From positions 1 to 64,000 of the forward strand of contig JAEOTS010000025.1 of assembly GCA_016839745.1 (NCBI GenBank): a stretch of DNA of 64,000 bases, in the 5' to 3' direction. Origin of the DNA: Promethearchaeota archaeon. Lineage in GTDB: Archaea; Asgardarchaeota; Lokiarchaeia; Sigyniarchaeales; SOKP01. A program made the translations under genes and the position numbers. Below the pieces are notes generated by a model. The model ran no database searches and was not told the DNA's origin. It saw only the letters and a list, made by a program, of their open reading frames with translations. This document shows, one piece after another, positions 58,151-64,000 of this stretch; position 1 is the first letter of the stretch, and every line of letters starts with the position of its first letter.

Positions 58151-59062
58151 ATACAATTCTTCATTATCACTTCGAAAGAAGATAAAGCCTCCATGAATAT
58201 GCGAGAGGTTTTTTTAAATTCTAAACATTATTCTTTTATAGAGACTGGTGCGATATGGCATGAAAATCCAGTATTTAGTCTAAAGAAGTTAGCATTTGAA
58301 GGGCATAACGATAATTTTCTTAATGAAAATCAAATATTTTTAGGTTTAACAATAGAGCCCCTCATATTCCTAGAAAATTTCGAAGTTGGTGGAGCTAATC
58401 TCAAACCCGATTTAATAATTTTCGCTAGTAGACATACATCAAAAACTGCACGACCCGCATTTTTAGTTCATACAACAGGTAATTGGAGTAATAATGCAGA
58501 TTTTGGAGGAAAGCCTCAAGATTTATCCAAAACAAGTGCTCTACTACAAAAGGCAGGTTTTGAATCATTAAGAGGGCAACTAGAAAAATTCGATATCCCT
58601 GATTTTTCTTTAGATATGGAAGTAACTCATCATGGACCAACCACTTTAGATACTCCTTTGATATTCATGGAATTAGGGAGTAGTAAACAGGAATGGCTCA
58701 TAAAAGAAGCAGGTGAAGTTGTAGCGAATGCTATTGTTAACACAGTTTTTAAATATCTAGTTTTTAAAAAGAAGAAAGATCAACAAGTTGGTTTAGGTTT
58801 TGGTGGTACTCACTATGCTCCTAATTTTAATAGGTTAATTACCAATACTAATATCGCACTTTCATTTATCTGTCCAAAGTATTACATCCAAGAGTTAAAC
58901 GAGATTTTTATTAAACTTATGATCAATAACACATTAGAAGATATTGATTACTTCATATTAGATTGGAAAGGTACTAATTCTGAAGACAAGAAACACTTGA
59001 TTCCCTTACTTGAAAAATTTGACATTCCTGTGAGGAAAACAAGAAGCTTTTCAACAAATTAA
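58151..59062 (+). CDS. dtdA: D-aminoacyl-tRNA deacylase (archaeal DTD2)
   Basis: SKEDKASMN, FASRH, VHTTGN, EVTHHGP, FMELGS, GGTHYAP; the conserved N-terminus begins upstream of ATG 58193. Confidence 0.92.
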   Translation: MQFFIITSKEDKASMNMREVFLNSKHYSFIETGAIWHENPVFSLKKLAFEGHNDNFLNENQIFLGLTIEPLIFLENFEVGGANLKPDLIIFASRHTSKTARPAFLVHTTGNWSNNADFGGKPQDLSKTSALLQKAGFESLRGQLEKFDIPDFSLDMEVTHHGPTTLDTPLIFMELGSSKQEWLIKEAGEVVANAIVNTVFKYLVFKKKKDQQVGLGFGGTHYAPNFNRLITNTNIALSFICPKYYIQELNEIFIKLMINNTLEDIDYFILDWKGTNSEDKKHLIPLLEKFDIPVRKTRSFSTN

Positions 59063-59091
59063 GTATGATTAATGTTCACAGTGGATAAATA

Positions 59092-59955
59092 CTACTCTTC
59101 TTTTAACTTCTCGTAGTATTCTACTAAATTTTTAAAAACATAATGACAAGCTACATAACCTTGAGTAGCTGCTTTTTGTAAAACGTTATTGAGAAACTCT
59201 TGATACTTAGAATCCTCATTTATTGTCACATTTAATTCCCTTACATTGTAATAGCTACGATAAAATAGAGTTGGCCAATCTACTAGTGAACGAATAGTTT
59301 GATTGTAGGTCTTTTTACCTTCTTCAGATAACTCTAACTCTTTTTTTAAGCTATAGGAAAGAGATTTACCCTTTTTTACTTTAGTAATAAATCCATCTGA
59401 GGCTACTTCATGCATGTACGTTTTAAGTTGGTTGGATTTTAGTTGGATGTTTATTTTTTTAAGATTATCAATAATTTCTGTGGTCTTCTGGTCTTTAAAT
59501 TTAATTAATAAATAATTTCTTGCTAAAATATTGTATTTCAGGGGAACTGTTTCGTGATCTAACTGATTATATTGGATTAAATTACCCAAAATTTCTTTTG
59601 CAACAAAATATTTAAGAATAATTCGATCTTCTTCGTTGAAATTTTTTATAAAAATTTCAGAATCTTCAAAATAAGAGTTATAAAGAGCTGTTAGCAGCGA
59701 TTTTATCGAATGAAATCCGTCTTCGAAGGAAATCTTTATAATGTTCAGAACTTTAATTCTATAATCTAAATTTGACAAAAATTTATCTTTCTCAACTTTA
59801 ATAGAGCGAACTAAGTGGGGTTTTTCTTTTAGAGATGAAAAATTCTCGCCCCATTCTTTTTCAAAGCGATCAGATTGCGTTTTTGCGATGGTGTAAAGCT
59901 TATACACAACAGTGTATAATTTATTTAAGAATTCCTCTCCAGATACATTAGTCAT
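59092..59955 (-). CDS. Hypothetical protein, possible C-terminal winged helix
   Basis: 287 aa ORF; EVASDGFITK...YSL wing-like segment. Confidence 0.6.
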   Translation of the reverse strand: MTNVSGEEFLNKLYTVVYKLYTIAKTQSDRFEKEWGENFSSLKEKPHLVRSIKVEKDKFLSNLDYRIKVLNIIKISFEDGFHSIKSLLTALYNSYFEDSEIFIKNFNEEDRIILKYFVAKEILGNLIQYNQLDHETVPLKYNILARNYLLIKFKDQKTTEIIDNLKKINIQLKSNQLKTYMHEVASDGFITKVKKGKSLSYSLKKELELSEEGKKTYNQTIRSLVDWPTLFYRSYYNVRELNVTINEDSKYQEFLNNVLQKAATQGYVACHYVFKNLVEYYEKLKEE

Positions 59956-60059
59956 CTACGAATCCCTTAACTTTCTAGCTTCTGTTTTTTAGATTTAATT
60001 ATTATTAAACACTAAAAAGTATTAAAGTTTTATTTAAAATAAGTAATATGTTATTATAA

Positions 60060-60473
60060 TTGGGAAATTTAAAAAATAAGATGGCAATAACCTTGAGAAT
60101 AGATCACATTGCTGTAAGTTCGAATACCGAAGAAGATAGCGATAATTTTTTTGCCAAATTATTGGATATGAAAAAGGAGAGAGACTTCATTGTATCTAAT
60201 GACCTTATGGAACAATTTTTTGGAGTTAAAAAAGATCAAAGAATAGTTAGGTATGGAAATGATGAAGTAAGCGTTGAAGTTTTTATAACAGACGATAATA
60301 GCAAAATTCTAGATAAATTTACACATCTATGCCTAATAATTGAGGATCGAGAAAAACTCATAGAAAAAGCAAAGCAATTAAATTTCAAAGTAATAAAAGT
60401 CCCAAGAAAGAACAGTGACGGCTTTTATTTATTTTTAAAAGATCATTTCGGTAATCTATATGAGATTAAATAA
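60060..60473 (+). CDS. VOC/glyoxalase-family protein
   Basis: IDHIAV, VEVF, HLCL, DHFGNLYEI. Confidence 0.88.
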   Translation: MGNLKNKMAITLRIDHIAVSSNTEEDSDNFFAKLLDMKKERDFIVSNDLMEQFFGVKKDQRIVRYGNDEVSVEVFITDDNSKILDKFTHLCLIIEDREKLIEKAKQLNFKVIKVPRKNSDGFYLFLKDHFGNLYEIK

Positions 60474-60555
60474 CAATAACATTTTTTAGAGTAGATTTTT
60501 ATTTAAACATGGGGCGTTTAATAATGCCTTAAAATAATGAATGTGAATATCACAA

Positions 60556-61329
60556 ATGCCCGGATCATATAAGCTAAAATTAGTCTTAGGTGGATCACGA
60601 AATTCAGGAAAAACCACATTCATTAATAGCAATAGAAATAATAACAGCCCAATTGGTGTTTCTTTTGAATCTATTGAATGTTTCGTTAACGAAGGGGATC
60701 ATTTTAAATTTATTGTGTGGGATCTAAAAGATAACGCAAGATTTAAATTTCTTTTCCCTTATTTCTGTCGAGGCGCTAGTGCGGGATTATTATGTGTTGA
60801 TTTATCAAATAAAGAATCATTTTTAGACTTAAGTAGGTGGATAAATCTTTTTAGGGAGAGTGCGGGAGGTATTCCAATACTTTTAATTGGAACTAAAGCC
60901 GATTTAGCAAAGAGAGAAGTAACAGATGAACTAATTAATGAAATCGTTGCTACAGAAGGAATTGAATATGCGGGGCATACATCCATATTGAATTTAGATA
61001 GTAAGATAGAAGAAGTATTTAAAAAATTAGTTCAAACTTTAAACCCAAATATTTCTATTCATTATTTTCATCTTTCCAAAAAGGAAGAAGATGAAGAATT
61101 TAAGCTTTTAGAAAGGTTCTTTGATCACTGCCCTATATGCAAAAAAATAAACCATCATAGTGCAAATTTGAGAAGGATTTATGCAAATAAGACCAACCCT
61201 GATACTATGGGTTTAAGAGAAAACCTAATTAGATTAGTTGATAATTTTGATTTTATTAATTTCGAATACTCTAACAAAATTTCTGTTGGAATTCCTTGTT
61301 GTGAGTGCTATAAAGAATTATTCGACTAA
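60556..61329 (+). CDS. Rab-like small GTPase with C-terminal Cys cluster
   Basis: KLVLGGSRNSGKT, IGVSF, VWDL, GTKAD; CPIC...CCEC. Confidence 0.85.
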   Translation: MPGSYKLKLVLGGSRNSGKTTFINSNRNNNSPIGVSFESIECFVNEGDHFKFIVWDLKDNARFKFLFPYFCRGASAGLLCVDLSNKESFLDLSRWINLFRESAGGIPILLIGTKADLAKREVTDELINEIVATEGIEYAGHTSILNLDSKIEEVFKKLVQTLNPNISIHYFHLSKKEEDEEFKLLERFFDHCPICKKINHHSANLRRIYANKTNPDTMGLRENLIRLVDNFDFINFEYSNKISVGIPCCECYKELFD

Positions 61330-61745
61330 TTTTGTAAAATTCCAGACGCAATGATTATGTCTTTGTGATCAAATGCTAGCTTTAAAGATTCAATTTCTGA
61401 AACTAGCACAATTTCTAAAGATTGAGCATCATCCTTTGCAATCGGGGTCTCAGTTTTAGTTAAAGGTTCACACAAAAAAGCAATAGAGAGATTATGCCCT
61501 CTGGGATCGCGTTTTGGTTCCGAAAATACCCCTATAAGATTAATAAGATTCACATTAATATTCGTTTCTTCATAAGCTTCTCTGATACACGCCGCTTCTA
61601 CAGTTTCGCCTACATTAACAAATCCTCCGGGTAGAGCTAATTCCCCTTTAAATGGCGGATTTTTTCTACGAATTAGAACTATAGAATTCTCTGGATATTT
61701 TATAACCGCATCAACAGCCACTAATGGAGTTATAGGTTTTTGCAT
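61326..61745 (-). CDS. NUDIX hydrolase
   Basis: PGGFVNVGETVEAACIREAYEET, RDPRGH, LAFDH. Confidence 0.93.
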   Translation of the reverse strand: MQKPITPLVAVDAVIKYPENSIVLIRRKNPPFKGELALPGGFVNVGETVEAACIREAYEETNINVNLINLIGVFSEPKRDPRGHNLSIAFLCEPLTKTETPIAKDDAQSLEIVLVSEIESLKLAFDHKDIIIASGILQN

Positions 61746-61747
61746 TA

Positions 61748-62554
61748 TTAATCATCCCATACATCGGAGCTCAATAAATGCTCTATCCGCGTTCGACGCG
61801 GTCTAACAAACTTAGTTCGACTTAATTTTCGTTCTAAAAGCAGACTGCTTTCGAGGTTTGTAGAATTTACTATAGATACTTCAATATCTCCCTCGTCTAA
61901 AATAATATGATTAAAGCTAGGACTATCATCTGCTCTAACTTTATTAGAAGCAGAAGTGCCACAGTAGAGGAATGTTGTCGGTCCAATGACATATGCGTGG
62001 GGTACGTGCCTATGTCCCATTAACACCAAATCAATTTCAAATAACTGAGTAAATTCGAGAATTTCCCCAGCATCTCTTACTGTTGTAAATTTTTGCCCTG
62101 AAAGAGGTACTGGTATTAAGTGATGGTGAAGTGCCATTACTCTATTTTCGAGGTTCTTATCGCAGCACCTGCCTAAATAGTCTAACTGTTCATCTCCGAT
62201 CATTCCTTCGCTCATATCATCCCTAGCGGAGCAAATTCCTACAATTAGAGTATCCAATTCATCCAATATTAATCTGGAACGACGAGGCCCAATTATTTTC
62301 TCGAAGTAGATTAGACCGGAATTTTTTGCATCGTGATTCCCTGGCACGACTAAAAATTTGGTGATATTCCTAATTCTCTGAATATAAGGAAGAATCGCGT
62401 GAAATTGAGTAACTCTTCCTTTATGAATTAAATCTCCAGTACAAATCACTACATCTGGCTTTTTATCCCCAATGTAATTTATAACATTTTCCATATAATC
62501 AGGTACAAACTCGCTACCATAATGTAAGTCAGATATATGGATAATTTCGACCAA
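61748..62554 (-). CDS. Calcineurin-like metallophosphoesterase
   Basis: SDLH, TGD, PGNHD, LHHH, GHRH. Confidence 0.92.
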   Translation of the reverse strand: MVEIIHISDLHYGSEFVPDYMENVINYIGDKKPDVVICTGDLIHKGRVTQFHAILPYIQRIRNITKFLVVPGNHDAKNSGLIYFEKIIGPRRSRLILDELDTLIVGICSARDDMSEGMIGDEQLDYLGRCCDKNLENRVMALHHHLIPVPLSGQKFTTVRDAGEILEFTQLFEIDLVLMGHRHVPHAYVIGPTTFLYCGTSASNKVRADDSPSFNHIILDEGDIEVSIVNSTNLESSLLLERKLSRTKFVRPRRTRIEHLLSSDVWDD

Positions 62555-62731
62555 ATTTTCTCATCTCCATCTATAAATAAACCTATTTTTCTATAAGGTG
62601 TTCTAATGCATATTACATTTTAAACTATATTAAAGAATTTTAATTACATTTAGAAAAAGTTATAGTATTGTTTTCTCTACAAAAAAAACTGCTTTCAAAA
62701 TGAGTTTAAATGACTAAATTTTATAAAATTA

Positions 62732-62896
62732 TTAGACACATATTTGCTCGTTAAAAACATTCAGCATCTTCCTAGATTGAGATATTTTATCTAACAATAA
62801 TTTATCTTTACAATCTACGCATATATTTTTAGCTTTTAACCACCTAATTTGTCCACACTCAGGACAAAAAAACTCTTGATATACTAATTTCATCAT
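62732..62896 (-). CDS. Small zinc-finger protein (54 aa)
   Basis: Manual ORF MMKLVYQEFFCPECGQIRWLKAKNICVDCK...; GGTGA SD upstream. Confidence 0.7.
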   Translation of the reverse strand: MMKLVYQEFFCPECGQIRWLKAKNICVDCKDKLLLDKISQSRKMLNVFNEQICV

Positions 62897-62907
62897 AAAT
62901 TTCACCA

Positions 62908-63066
62908 TTAAATTTTATTGTATTTTAGGATTTTAACTACGTCTAAATTAATCTGATCTATAATAATATCAAATGATTTCTCAAGTGGAGTGTCGATAAA
63001 ATTCCTCTTGAGTTTTGAATAATCTTCCTCTTTTTCCGTTAAATCTTCCAATATTTCTTCAAACAT
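62908..63066 (-). CDS. Small acidic hypothetical protein (52 aa)
   Basis: Manual ORF MFEEILEDLTEKEEDYSKLKRNFIDTPLEKSF...; ends 11 nt before the Zn-finger ORF. Confidence 0.5.
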   Translation of the reverse strand: MFEEILEDLTEKEEDYSKLKRNFIDTPLEKSFDIIIDQINLDVVKILKYNKI

Positions 63067-63259
63067 AATTAATCTAATATTTTCTCTTTTCTCTTTATTA
63101 ATATAAGATTAATTTTTGTTATAAGCGATTTCGCCATAGTTTATAGATTCTATATAGTTAAAATTTATATGTAAATGTTAGAAAAAACCAGATTTTGCTA
63201 AATAATCTGAAAATATATATATAAAATTCTTAAAAAACCTAATGGAGACTATGAAAAAT

Positions 63260-64000
63260 TTAATTTTTATATAATTTCTCTTTTATATAATTAACCAGAT
63301 CGTCAATTTTTAGTTTTTTATCCCCGATAAACACTTGACCATAATCTTCCTTACCACCACCTTTACCACCGTATTTCGAAGCTATGTCTTTAACAAAGTT
63401 CCCCATATTAAAGTCTGATCTTTTCATAAGCCCTTTCCCTACCATTCCAATAATAGTAAATCCTTTCTCATCTCTATTGATAAAAATTGTGTTCAGATCT
63501 TCAGATTTCCTTAGAATTTTCACGCTTAGATTCTTAAGATCGTTTTGGGAAAGATTTTCAAAGGATTTAATAATCATTTTAGAGTTATTGAATAAGAACG
63601 CTGATTTAACAAGATTATCCATAAATTTTTCGTCAAACAAGTTTTCTACATCCTTTAATTTTACTTTAGCATCGTTCCATTCATTATATAATTTTTTTAC
63701 CTTCAGGGGAACATCTTCTTTTTTTGTATTTAGAATTCGAGATAATTCCATTAATATTTCCAATTCAAAAGTATTAGCTGAATTCAGAACCATGTCATTT
63801 TCATTAAATTTTCCAGTGTGTATTGCCTTATTTAAGTTCTTCCACTTATTTAATAATTCTTCAACTCTACCTATTATTTTGTTCTGTGGAATTTCTAATA
63901 ATTTCTCTAGTTGGTTTAAAATAAGAGAATCTTCTAAGTCTAGCTCTTGTGTCGCAGATCCTGCTGTAAAGGTCAATCTCACTATACCATCTTGAATTTT
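63260..64000 (-). CDS. alaS: Alanyl-tRNA synthetase, C-terminal part (runs off right edge of window)
   Basis: KIQDGIVRLTFTAG end of the editing domain; DHHA1/C-Ala GGKGGGK. Confidence 0.85.
   Translation of the reverse strand, partial: KIQDGIVRLTFTAGSATQELDLEDSLILNQLEKLLEIPQNKIIGRVEELLNKWKNLNKAIHTGKFNENDMVLNSANTFELEILMELSRILNTKKEDVPLKVKKLYNEWNDAKVKLKDVENLFDEKFMDNLVKSAFLFNNSKMIIKSFENLSQNDLKNLSVKILRKSEDLNTIFINRDEKGFTIIGMVGKGLMKRSDFNMGNFVKDIASKYGGKGGGKEDYGQVFIGDKKLKIDDLVNYIKEKLYKN

Noticed and set aside
63384-63995. 203-aa + strand ORF and other antisense ORFs (e.g. 9011-9394, 12831-13289, 26611-26907, 27334-27693)
   Set aside because: Overlap well-supported genes on the opposite strand and have Ser/Phe/Ile-rich shadow composition

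Overview
AT-rich archaeal chromosome segment. The gene content points to an Asgard archaeon of the Lokiarchaeia type (inference): DtdA, archaeal-type RNase Z, PDO-type disulfide oxidoreductases, a longin/uDENN-GTPase fusion, a Rab-like GTPase, a SNAP-like TPR protein and PCI-like/TIR proteins. Most of the window is a large sulfur, Fe-S and redox neighbourhood: TusA-IscS-IscU-persulfide reductase, rubrerythrin, superoxide reductase, FprA, rubredoxins, a rubredoxin reductase, Grx-FTR, CCG proteins, three PDOs, TrxR and Cys-bearing Lrp regulators. The standout is a ~13 kb cassette (31.4-44.7 kb) encoding two membrane receptors with Toll-like topology: ectodomain, one C-proximal TM, a PCI-like winged helix and a TIR domain retaining the catalytic-position Glu. 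One is a 3619-aa protein with two peptide-binding (SBP family 5) domains on a stalk of 15 Ig-like repeats. The cassette lies inside a diverged direct duplication of the isf-grx-GTPase locus, and a soluble TIR protein is encoded about 7 kb away. Also found: an unannotated structured ncRNA candidate (7375-7537), several small ORFs missed by the ORF track, four gene remnants, and three genes that appear to start at AUU/AUA. No rRNA, tRNA, CRISPR array or transposase was recognised.
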